A stretch of DNA of 64,000 bases, from contig NC_042997.1 in NCBI RefSeq assembly GCF_006345805.1, positions 100,316,001 through 100,380,000 on the forward strand, in the 5' to 3' direction. The stretch is from Octopus sinensis. Taxonomy: Eukaryota. The notes under the pieces are model-generated. The model made no database searches and was not told the origin of the DNA. It saw only the letters and a program-made list of their open reading frames with translations. Within the stretch, counting starts at the first letter, position 1. Each line of letters opens with the position of its first letter. Position numbers and translations under genes: made by a program. Below are positions 37,755 through 50,350 of this stretch, in pieces.

Positions 37755-39175
37755 TTCTCAGTTTTCAGAGTGGGCACTGTAAATGTAGGCACATTGAAAG
37801 GTAGGGCTAACGAGATTATAGAGATGCTTGAACGAAGATGTGTTGATGTATGTTGCGTACAAGAGGTAAGGTGGAGAGGAGCTTTAGCCAGAGTCCTCAC
37901 AGGCAAAGCATATAGGTATAAACTCATCTGGGAAGGTAACAGCGATGAAATAGGGGGCATGGGCATACTTCTTGCAGAGAAATGGGTGGATAAGGTCATA
38001 GAAGAAGTCAAAGTGTGCGATAGAGTACTTAAACTCAGGCTAGTCTTGAAGAATGGTATAGCTACAATTATCTCTGCCTATGCCTCACAAGCAGGCTTAC
38101 CAAATGAACAGAAGGATCACTTTTATGATATTCTTCTGCAGGTTACCTCAAAGACAAGTGACAATGATCTCATCTTTATGGCTGGAGATTTTAATGGGTA
38201 TCTTCTAGAGTTAACATAGCAAAAACTAAAGACTTAGTAAATAGGAAGGCTGTCAAATCACAAACCCTGCCACGCAGATGGCCCTGCTTGATCTGTGGAA
38301 AAAGTGAGGGTAGAAACTTCATAAAATGTACCAGGTGCAGCAATATGAAAGGAAGGTTAACTGGGAAGATATTTTTTGTGTATGGCAGATGTACAGGGGA
38401 AATACACACTGAAGATGTACAGAAAACAGATTCCATCACATGCCAGAGGGACCAAAGAACTGAAGTATTTTGGATTGCAAGACAGTGAGAAAAAATCGTG
38501 ATGGTCATGTGTTGTGTATGGATGAGGACAGTTGTGTGAGGAAGTGCCATATCCTAACTGTGGAAGGAACCTGTGGAAGAGGTAGACCTAGGAAGATATG
38601 GGACGAGGTGGTGAAGAATGACCTTTGAACATTGGGCCTCACTGAGGCAATGACAGGAGATCAAGACTTTTGGAGATATGCTGTGATTTTGAAGATTCAG
38701 GAACTAAAATGAGATCACAGCTATGGTCGATGCCAGTTTAAAAGTACACTTCTGTCGGGCAATATGATGTGCTTGAGAAGACCTGTTGAGTCAAAATCAA
38801 TATCATAGCTGTAAGCCAGTGCTGCTTGCCTGGCTTCCATGCCGGTGGCACATAAAAAGCACCAACCAAACATGGTCAATGCCAGTGCCCCACCCCTCCC
38901 ACCCGACTGGCTCCTGTGCCAGTGGTACATAAAATGCACAATCCAAAAGTGCTCGATGCCAGGTCTTCCTGACTGGCTCCTGTGCAGGTGGCACGTAAAA
39001 AGCACCATCTGAACATGGTTGATGCCAATGGCTCCCAACTAGCTCCCGTGCCGGTGGCATGTAAAAAGCATCCACTACACTCTCCTTGCCAGATCAGATT
39101 GGAACCTTTTCAGACCTCAGTTAAATTGTCCAAACCATGCCAGCATGTTAAACAATATTAAACAATGAACATGAT
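37755..39175 (+). mobile_element. Internally deleted RTE LINE: endonuclease, Cys-rich insert, C-terminus and VNTR 3' UTR
   Basis: VGTVNVGTLKGRANEI...MAGDFNG joined to LRVNIAKTK..PCLICGKSEGRNFIKCTRCS, then DSCVRKCHILTVEGTCGRGRPRKIWDEVVK. Confidence 0.88.
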
Positions 39176-40730
39176 GAAACGGGCGAGTCTGTTTGTAGGC
39201 TTTATCAATTATGACTCCTCCCATACACACACACACACACACACAACATAAGCAGGAGGAAATAGATAAGCTAGGTACTCAACAATTCGTGGCTATCTAA
39301 AGTTGTATCAAGCGCTCAACAATTGGTGGCTATCTGAAGTTGCATAAAAAACTTCTCCCACAGAAACTCAGGTTAGGAACAAACAGATCATCATTAAGAT
39401 TTACTTCTGTCATAGTATAAATAAAGTAAAAGTGGAGTTTATGGTATAATGCTTATTTCATGGTTTACAACTGTTTCAACAACTTAAGATGACCAATCAC
39501 ACAAGTCTCTAGACATTAATGATTATGATTTAGTCATGCATATTTATGAAATGTATATGTAATAGCACTGAAAGTTGTTTCTTCAGAACCATCAATCAGT
39601 TCTGAGGAAACATCTACCAGTGCTATTTTAAATAAAATATAGGCGTAGGAGTGGCTGTGTGGTAAGTAGCTTGCTTATGAACTACATGGTTCCGGGTTCA
39701 GTCCCACTGTGTGGCACCTTGGGCAAGTGTCTTCTACTATAGCCTTGGGCTGACCAAAGCCTTGTGAGTGGATTTGGTAAATGGAAACTGAAAGAAGCCT
39801 TGTCGTATGTATGTATGTATAATAATATTAGGGAGTATATATTTTATATATATATATGTATGAATATATATCTATATATATATATGTATGTGTGTGTGTG
39901 TGTGTGTATGTTTGTCCCCCCAACATCGCTTGACAACCGATGCTGGTGTGTTTACGTCCCCGTAACTCAGCGGTTCGGCAAAAGAGACCGATAGAATAAG
40001 CACTAGGCTTACAAAGAATAAGTCGTGTGGTCGATGTGCTCAACTAAAGGCGGTGCTCCAGCATGGCCACAGTCAAATGACAGAAACAAGTAAAAGAGTA
40101 TATGGAAGATCCAAAAGGCTCCAGTGCCAAATTTATAGCAAGAAAGCAATGCCAGATCTTAAATGGCCACATAGTACCAAAAGGCCCTTCCTCTCCATCT
40201 AGTGAACAGACCCAAACAGCTTAGTCCTTCAATGGTCTACAACTTTTGTTGAGTACTCTCCATACATATCTTTTACTCTCCTACCACCACCTCTCAAATA
40301 CTTATTTTTGGTTTTTCTTTCGTCATTCTCTCTCCAAATTTAAATTTACTGTGTACAAAGCACCAGCAACTGTTCTCACTGTTAAATAGTTGGCTAAAGG
40401 AGCAGAGAAAGTGTGGGATTATGAGGCCATTCTATACCTGTCTCAATAAGGATTATTCAATATTTTTAGTGTTGGTTCCATGAGAAAATACACGTAGTAC
40501 ACTCTGTAATGTAGTTGGCATTATGAAGGGTATCCAGTCACAGAAATTAAGCAAAATATCAGGTAGGTATGAGCACCTTGTCTTTGGAGGCAGTAACCTC
40601 CAATGGGAGGTGATTTTGACTATGTTGACTGCCCAACCCATACCAGCATGGAAAGCTAACATAAAATGATGATGATGATAGATACATATACACACAAAAA
40701 CACACATGGTTATAAGCATCTCAAGTTTCA

Positions 40731-40764
<34 letters not shown>

Positions 40765-41505
40765 CAAACACACACGTGTATACATACACACACAAGAAAA
40801 AAATCACCATGCTTGTTAAGGGTCAAATGGAATTTCTATTATTAATAAAGCTATATGCATTTTTGACAAAACATGCATGTTGGTGTGTGTGTGTGTGTGT
40901 GTGTATGTGTGTGAGAGAGAGACAGAGTGTGTGTGTGTGTGTGTGTGAGAGCACATGCAAAACAAGGTGGAGAAAATAGTACTCAAATGTCAAAAGTAGA
41001 GTAAAACAGTGTTTTATTAAAACTGAAAAGATTTCACAAAACTGAGAGAAGCCCTTAGTATGTGTGTGTCTGTTTGTCCCCCACCACAACCCATCCCCAT
41101 AACCTAGCAGTTCAACAAAAGATTTCAATGATGTGATTGTTTATTTTTAGATGACATTATAGGATGTGTGAGAGGCAAGATCTGGCCACTTTGAACAGAA
41201 TATTTTAAACTGAATAAGGTCAGTTTTAATGCTAAAGAGTTAAACTGGCCATAGCCAGCCAAAATATTCTACGTGTTTTATGTTCACACTGGCCAGATCT
41301 GGCCTCTCACACCAACCCGACAATATCATTCTAAAAATTAATGGTTACCTCATCAAAGATAATGCATGATTAATAAATAGGTATTACTTTTGACAGAATA
41401 ATGTGAATGCTAAAGGGTCAAATGTTTATTTCCTGAGTTACTAAATAATTATCACTGTACTGTTTATAAACCTTTATAAACTGTCTAACTGTTCAAAATA
41501 CTCAC

Positions 41506-41564
41506 AGGTGTCTGATGACAGGTTATGTGAAACACTTGAGTTTGAATGTATATTTCTGGTAGGT
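41506..41564 (-). other. Candidate upstream 59-nt exon (5' UTR or coding) of the TRBP-family gene
   Basis: ttcgttattttAG acceptor and GTGAGTAT donor in repeat-free sequence. One open frame (LPEIYIQTQVFHITCHQTP) ends in phase 0. Confidence 0.33.
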
Positions 41565-41909
41565 CTAAAATAACGAAGGTATTCAATTTGATGAGATTAT
41601 TTCCCCTGCATTTTTATATTCATGTAATTAATGTTTGTTAGATTCAATCTTTAATTTGTAGTTTTAAATAGCTTTTATTCAATGAAATCTAAATTGTCAA
41701 TAGTAAAATTGCAAAAGAAGTGAAGGGCAATTGGATTTGAAAACAATAAGTCTAAAAACAGTACAAAATGTCTTCTTTCATATGAACAAAAACAAAAGAA
41801 AATATGATTCTTTCTGGCAGAAGAGATCAGACACGAGCACAAGAATCCACTTGCAGCAGAGACTCCAGAGCAAAATCACAGGAGACTGAGTTTTCTTACT
41901 ACTGGAGTG

Positions 41910-42535
41910 TTACATTATAAACCCTTCTGAGCTCTGTCATTCCAGCAAGTGCAAGAGTTTTATAACCACCAATGAGCTATGTCATTACAATTACTAGGGT
42001 TGCATTATTGCAAATCCCATTAAGTTACTTCATTACAACCACATCTCTATTGTGGTCACTGCAACCACCACTTAGGTATTTCAATACAACCAAAAGTGTA
42101 TATATGAAAACTGAGCCATTACAACCATCACAACTGATCCGTTTCTTTAAAATCACTAAAGTTTTATCATTGCCACTATTACTAAGCTATTTCATTACAA
42201 CCACCACTGGGTTTGGTCATTACAAGGACTTGTAAGATTTTGTTACTATAAACAGAGAGATGTTTCATTACAACTGTAACTTAACTGTATCATTATAACC
42301 AATACTTGTCTGTGTCATTACAACCCTCACCGAACTATTTCACAGGAATCAAAACTAAGTCATGTCATTACAGCCACAACTGAGATTTCAACTACCTGTA
42401 CTGTCACATTACAATCAACATTCATATGTGTCATTAAAACACTGCTGAGGTAGTCCACCAGAGCCATTTCTAAACTATTTCAATACAGCCAGCTTAGGTG
42501 GATTATTACAAACACAACTGGGTAATGTATTAGCA
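41910..42535. repeat. Degenerate 25-bp tandem array (core CATTACAACC)
   Basis: Core or core-like positions at 42193, 42218, 42266, 42291, 42316, 42341, 42366, i.e. a ~25-bp step; about 25 units. Confidence 0.8.
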
Positions 42536-43224
42536 ACAACAGCACTATATTTCCCTGTTTGATAAAATTTAATTTTCCTAATAAAACCATTTATTAAATA
42601 TTTCAAAGTTATTCCCTGATTTTTGATAAATGTTTAAGTTACTTTGCTGCTTGCATTTCATTTTACATTATTTTACAAGTTTATATCTTTACAAAGTCAT
42701 TTAAAGACACAGTGGACGTCAACTCGTATACAAAAGGAGAGCATATACATCTTTATATTCTACTTGTTTCAGTCATTGTACTGTAGCCATGCTGGGGCAC
42801 CACTTTAAAGGGGCTTTCGTCAAACAAATCAACTCTAGTACTTATTTATATTTAAGCCTGGTACTAATTCTATTGGTCTCTTTTGCCAAACTGCTAAGTT
42901 ATGATGACATAAACAAACCAACAGTTTGTCAAGCAGTAGTGGAGAACAAACAAAGAGACACAGATATATACATACATATTCATACACACACAACAGGCTT
43001 CTCTCAGTTTTCATCTACCAAATCCACTCACAAGACTTTGGTCAGCCCAAAGCTATAGTAGAAGACACTTGTTCAAGGTGTCACATAGTGGGACTGAACC
43101 CAGAACCCTGTACTTGGGAAGCAAGCTTTTTACCACACAGCCTTGCCTGTGCCTATATATAAAAACAAACATGCACATACACACATCTATCTATTTATAT
43201 TTCTATCTATAGATATATACAGAT

Positions 43225-43505
43225 ATAGTCAACAGAAGAGAAGCTATGCATCAGTCCAGAAGTATTTTCCATTGTTCGAAGCAGTCTTGGAACTCTTGCG
43301 AAGTGATGCCTTTTAACACTTCTGTTGTTTTTCTCTTCACCTCTTCCGCATCTGCAAAACATTTTCCTTTCAGGACTTTTTTCATTTGGGGGAACAAAAA
43401 AAAGTTTCAGGGAGCAAGATCAAGTGAATATGGAGATGCCATGGTATGAAAGTGTAGGTACAGGAAGTGGTCAAACTCTGGATAAGGAGTAGACAACCAC
43501 CATAC
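43225..43505 (-). mobile_element. mariner transposase C-terminal fragment
   Basis: SPYSLDLAP (YSPDL motif)...FPQMKKVLKGKCFADAEEVKRKTTEVLKGITSQEFQDCFEQWK. Confidence 0.8.
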
Positions 43506-43764
43506 ATATATATATATGCATAGAGATATATACATATATATATATACACACATACATATACACACATATATACATAAATACGTACATATACATATATAAA
43601 TATTCATATATACATACATATACATATTCATTTATATATATATATATATATATATACATACATATAGATATACAAATATACACATACATATAGATTAACC
43701 CATGCCAGCATGGAAAACGGGTGTTAAACGATGATGATGATGATGATATATATATACACATATA

Positions 43765-44190
43765 TTGGGTTGGCAACTAAGTTGGTGCCATTTAAAAAAT
43801 TTTATAGTCTATTTTTTTTCGAGATTTCTATTTTTGAATCATTTTTGAATGTATTTTATTTTTCTAGTTAGTTTTAGTTAATTTTTGTTTATTTTCAGAT
43901 CATTAAGATGGAATGTCAAGTTAAGAAAAATGAGCATTTTCGACACCTTTTTGCTTTTAATCAAGGTTCTAAGGCCGCAAAGGCTGCTTGCGACATTTGT
44001 ACTGTTTATAGAGAGGGTGCCATAGCTGAAAGAACTGCTCGTGATTGGTATGCCAAGTTCAAAAATGGAATTTTGACCTAAAAGACGCACCTCGTTCTGG
44101 CGTCCACTTGAGTTTGATGAAAAGCGATCAAACCAACTTTTGCATGAAAATTCTCGTTAAACAACAAGGGAAGTGGCAGAGAAAATGTAT
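43765..44190 (+). mobile_element. mariner 5' fragment (TIR + N-terminal HTH)
   Basis: TA|TTGGGTTGGCAACTAAGT terminus; ATG at 43908 gives MECQVKKNEHFRHLFAFNQGSKAAKAACDICTVYREGAIAERTARDWYAKFKNG. Confidence 0.82.
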
Positions 44191-44638
44191 ACATACATAC
44201 ATACATATATATATACACACACGTGTGTGTGTCCGTCCCCACCTAACATCGCTTTACAACCAATGCTGGTGTGTTTATGTACCTGTGCCTTAGCAGTTCG
44301 GCAAAAGAGACCGATAGAATATGTACTAGGCTTACAAAGAATAAGTCCTGGGGTCGATTTGCTCGACTAAAGGTGGTGCTCCAGCATGGCCACAGTCAAA
44401 ATGACTGAAACATGAAAAAAAATAAAAGAATATATATATATATATAGACATTGATATATATCCATACATATACATATATAAATATATATTTACATACATA
44501 TATATATACTCAGTGTGTGACACTCAAATTGTACACATAAGACAACTGAATATCGTCATATGTACTACATACTGCTCACCGGATGCCCCAAATCACACAG
44601 GCATGTTTGAAGACTGCCTAACAAAAATAAAACATTTC

Positions 44639-45257
44639 GGATCTTTTCCTTTTGAACAGCAGACAATTTCTAGTTAACTAAACACTTTAAAACTTCGTAT
44701 ACTGGTAGAAAAAAACGTTTTTTTCTCTTGGCTTTCTTGAGAAAATTGCAATTTGTTTGTTTAACATAGTTTAATTTTTCGAATTTTAACCAATCCTAAG
44801 CTGTCTTTTGAGCTAAAATCATTTGCTGCGTCTAAAACTGAGACAACATCCTGTAACTAATCCTAAACCTCCCCCCTAACCCTAAATTTTTTTTTCTTAA
44901 TTGTAAAATTAATTTAATTGTTACGCGTGTAAAAAAAACTAAAGCAATGGAATTAAATTAATTTAACAATTAAGAAAAAAAAAATTAGGGTTAGGGGGGA
45001 GGTTTAGGGTTAGTTACAGGATGTTATCTCAGTTTTAGACGCAGTAAATGATTTTAGTTGAATGGAGGTAATCGATTGGTTAAAATTGCCGAAATGCTCG
45101 GATTTTCAGACGAAATATCTTACAAACTATAGAATTTTCTGAATAAAACCAAAAGAAAATGATGTTTTATAAACACATTCTACCAGTATACGAAGTTTAA
45201 AAGTGTTTAGTTAACTAGAAATTGTGTTGACATCTGCCGTTCAAAAGGAAAAGATCC
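44639..45257. mobile_element. 619-bp fold-back MITE with GG termini and an 8-bp TSD (Merlin-like by inference)
   Basis: TIR GGATCTTTTCC; TSD aacatttc at 44631-44638 and 45258-45265; inverted symmetry over most of its length. Confidence 0.85.
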
Positions 45258-45284
45258 AACATTTCTACATTTAAGAGATGAGGA

Positions 45285-45790
45285 ATTATGTACATTATTT
45301 ACATTCGACAGATATTTGTCACCATCTTGTTTGTTGTTGATACACACTCCAGCCTTTTTCAGGTGTCTTGGGGAAATTTCAAACCTGGGTTCTCATTCCT
45401 AAGGTATTTTTTGATATTATTATCATTATTATTGTTATTGTTCAGGTCACTGCTTGGAATTGAACTCGGAATCTTGGGGTTAGTAGCCTGCGCTCTTAAC
45501 CACTATGCCATATGCCTGTAGGCAATTATGGAGTGAATTTTAGGGCTTATAAATCTAATATTTTTCTATCCTTCCTTAATACCGGTTCCCATATGCTGCT
45601 CATATCTGCACTCGGTCTGCTTAGGAGGTTGTTGTGTCCTAGCATATGTGCTGCTTCTTTTAGTTTTCGTATTTTCTAGTGGTGTTCTCTGTCTATTATT
45701 TTAACTTCATCCCACAGGGGGAGTTGATCTCCGTTTTTCCATACATGGTCAGCTATACCCAATTTATCAATATCTCCCCGTGTCACATCT
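45285..45790 (-). mobile_element. Penelope-like element 3' part: GIY-YIG endonuclease C-terminus plus a 3' region containing a tRNA-like segment
   Basis: GIADHVWKNGDQLPLWDEVKIIDREHH*KIRKLKEAAHML is a PLE GIY-YIG tail pattern; tRNA-like A/B boxes at 45446-45515. Confidence 0.7.
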
Positions 45791-47165
45791 TTGAAATCCA
45801 GACTATTGCAGTACTGTGTCCTTATTTTAGATAGGGAAGACAGTACCTTCGGTATGATGCAGTGCCGTCCAGTTTGAAGATTGGTATAGCTATCAATTCC
45901 AAAATTGGGAGCTAATCGCTCCAAGATCCTCCAAATATAAATCACTGCACATCTCTCTCGTCTTCTCTCCAGGAAATAGAGACTCAGCTCCTTTAGCCTC
46001 TCCCAGTAGCCCATCTTTTGCATCAAGTAAATCTTCTTTGTGTATTGGCACTGGATTGCTTTGAGCTCCACAGTTTGCTTCACACTCTTTGGGGACCATA
46101 GTTGAGAGCAGTAGTCCAAGTGGCTGAGAACGAAAGTCTTCCATAGAAGTAGCAGGAACTCCCTTTTCCTGGTTCTGAATGTCCTCAAAATCCATCCAGC
46201 CACTCGCCTGCAGTGTTGCCACCTTGGTAATATGCACATGGAATGTTGCATCATTGCTCAGGTGAACCCCCAGGTCACGCACTGACTCTGAGATTGCATT
46301 ACTTTCTGGACCAGTGTATTCCGACCTTAGCCAGGTGTTGGACCGATAGTGGAGTGCCTGAAAGTTTCCCCGTAATACCAAGGTTTTGCAGTTTATGACA
46401 TATCATGCCATGATCAACCTTGTCAAAGGCTTTGGCAAACTTGAGGTATATCATGTCTACAGCTGACTGGTTTAGCTGTTGCTTCAGAACCCAAAGTGCT
46501 GCAGAAATGTGTGAGGCAGCTCCTCACTGGAAGAAAGCCATGTTGCATGTTTGTGAGAAGGTTGTTTTCTTCTAGGAACATGATCAGCCTTTTTCTGACA
46601 ATACGTTCCATTGTCTTGCTAACATATGAGGTCAGTGAGATGGGCCTGTAGCTTTTAGCATCTACTCTGCTCCCTCCTTTATGGACAGGACTTATTATAC
46701 CCTCTTTAACATGATGGGAAGTTTGCCACATGCAAGGAAACAATGGAAGAGTATCGGCAGTGGCTTTCCATGAGTCTTTTTACATGTCGTTAAGAGAACA
46801 GCAGGGAGTCCATTTGAGCTTGTTGCTGAGTTTGATCTCCTTTCATCAATGGCCGAGCTGGCAGAAACGTTAGCACGCTGGGCGAAATGCTTAGCGGTAT
46901 TTTGTCTGCCGTTACGTTCTGAGTTCAAATTCCGCAGACGTCGACTTTGCCTTTCATCCTTCCGGGGTCGATTAAATAAGTACCAGTTACGCACTGGGGT
47001 CGATATAATCAACTTGATCCGTTTGTCTCTCCTTGTTTGTCCTCTCTGTGTTTAGCCCCTTGTGGGTAGTAAAGAAATAGATATTACATTCTCTTCTGTT
47101 ACGTTGATGTAATCAATGGTTGCCTCTTTTCCAAATAGATTAATTACATCAAAAAACTACTTCAG
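45791..47165 (-). mobile_element. CR1/L2-group LINE reverse-transcriptase fragment (frameshifted), with a SINE nested at 46853-47080
   Basis: IISPVHKGGSRVDAKSYRPISLTS..MERIV..QHGF; VRDLGVHLS; ILRTF..LSHLDYCSQLWSP. Confidence 0.88.
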
Positions 47166-47214
47166 CTTCTTTATTTGCATATTTTCCAGTAAAAAAAAAA
47201 ACACTTTGGAGTTG

Positions 47215-47927
47215 ATATATATATATATATATATATACATACATACATATAAACACACATAAATATATATACATATGTGCATATATATACATACACATAT
47301 GTATATGTACATATATATACATTTGTATCTATATACACCTGGATATATACATATAAACATATATATATACACATACGTTTCATGACGTCCTGTGCCCACA
47401 TATGTATATATACATACATATATATATACATACATATATATACACATACATACATATATATACACATACATACATACATACATACACATACATACATATA
47501 TATATATATATATACACATACATATATATATATATACACATACATACATACATACATATATATACACACATACATACATACATATATACACATACATACA
47601 TATATACACATACATACATACATACATATATACACATACATACATACATATATATATATACACATACATACATACATATATATATACACATACATACATA
47701 CATATATATATATACACATACATACATACATATATATATATACACATACATACATACATATATATATATATACACATACATACATATATATATATATATA
47801 TACATACATATATATATACACATACACATACATACATACATATATATATACACATACATACATACATATATATATATACACATACATACATATATATACA
47901 CATACATACATACATATATATATACAC

Positions 47928-47960
<33 letters not shown>

Positions 47961-48674
47961 CACATACATACATACATATATATATATATCGAAATCGAAT
48001 TGAACCAGCCAGGATCCCTGGTCTGGTGGTACGTAAAAAGCACTATCCGACTCGTGGCCGATGCCAGCGCCGCCTCCACTGGCTTCCGTGCCGGTGGCAC
48101 GTAAAATACACCAATCTGACCGTACGACAGGCACCCATGCCAACCCCCTTGCTTGCGAAGACATGTTGGGGCAAGCGAAATCGAAATCGAATTGAACCAG
48201 CCAGGATCCCTAGTCTGGTGGTACGTAAAAAGCACTATCCGACTCGTGGCCGATGCCAGCACCCCCTTGTTTGGCTTCCGTGCAGGTGGCACATAAAATA
48301 CACCAATCCGACCGTGGCCGTTGCCAGCCTCGCCTGGCACCTGTGCAGGTGGCACGTAAAAAGCACCCACTACACTCACGGAGTGGTTGGCGTTAGGAAG
48401 GGCATCCAGCTGTAGAAACACTGCCAGATAAGACTGGAGCCTGGTGCAGCCTTCTGGCTTTCCAGATCGCCGGTCGAACCGTCCAACCCATGCTAGCATG
48501 GAGAACGGACGTTAAACGATGATGATGATGATACACATACATACATACATATATATATATATACACATACATACATACATATATATATATATACACATAC
48601 ATACATACATATATACACATACATACATACATACATATATATATATACACATACATACATACATATATATATAT

Positions 48675-48707
<33 letters not shown>

Positions 48708-48917
48708 TATACACATACATACATACATACATATATATATATACACATACATACATACATACATATATATATATACACATACATACATACATACATATAT
48801 ATATACACATACATACATACATATATATATATACACATACATACACATACATATATATATATACACATACATACATACAATATATATATACACATACATA
48901 CATACATATATATATAC

Positions 48918-48948
<31 letters not shown>

Positions 48949-49341
48949 TACACATACATACATACATATATATATATACACATACATACATACATATATA
49001 TATATATACACATACATACATACATATATATATACACATACATACATACATATATATATACACATACATACATACATATATATATATACACATATACATA
49101 CATATATATATATAATACATACATACATACATACATATACATACATACATATAATATATATACACATACATACATACATTATATATATACACATACATAC
49201 ATACATATATATATACACATACATACATACATATATATATATACACATACATACATACATATATATACACATACATACATATATATATACATACATACAT
49301 ACATATATATATATACACATAACATACATATATATATATAC

Positions 49342-49372
<31 letters not shown>

Positions 49373-50350
49373 CACATACAACATACATATATATACATAC
49401 ATATACACATACATACATATATATATATAATATACACATACATACATATATATATTACACATACATACATATATATATATATACACCTACATACATATAT
49501 ATATATATATACACATACATACATATATATATATATACACATACATACATATATATATATATATATACATACATACATATATATATACACATACATACAT
49601 ATATATTATATACACATACATACATATATATATATATACCATACATACATATATATATATACACATACATACATATATATATATAACACATACATAATAT
49701 ATACATACATACATAACATACATATATATATACACATACATACATACATATATATACACATACATACATACACATATATATACACATACATACATACATA
49801 TATATACACATACATACATATATATACACTACATACATATATATACACATACATACATTATATATACACATACATACATATATATATACACATACATACA
49901 TATATATACACATACATACATACACATATATACACATACATACATATATATATATACACATACATACATATATATATATACACATACATACATATATATA
50001 TACACATACATATATATATACACATACATACATATATATACACATACATACATATATATATATACACATACATACATATATATATATACACATACATACA
50101 TATATATATATACACATACATACATATATATACACATACATATATACATACATATATATACACATATATACATACATATATATACACATACATATATATA
50201 CACATACATATATACATACATATATATACACATACATATATACATACATATATATACACATACATATATACATACATATATACATACATATATATACACA
50301 TACATATATATACACATACATATATATACACATACATATATACATATATA
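47215..50350. repeat. Very long compound (TA)n/(CATA)n/(CA)n microsatellite, split by an RTE 3'-UTR copy at 47988-48530
   Basis: Directly visible: ~0.8 kb plus ~1.8 kb of arrays. Confidence 0.97.

Noticed and set aside
41910-42535. CRISPR-like repeat/spacer appearance
   Set aside because: Eukaryotic context, no cas genes, degenerate ~10-bp cores and inter-core segments that are themselves homologous; it is a tandem repeat.
45446-45515. Possible tRNA genes here and at 46853, 39645 and 32425
   Set aside because: Only A/B boxes are retained; there is no complete cloverleaf and each continues into repeat body, so they are SINE or TE heads.
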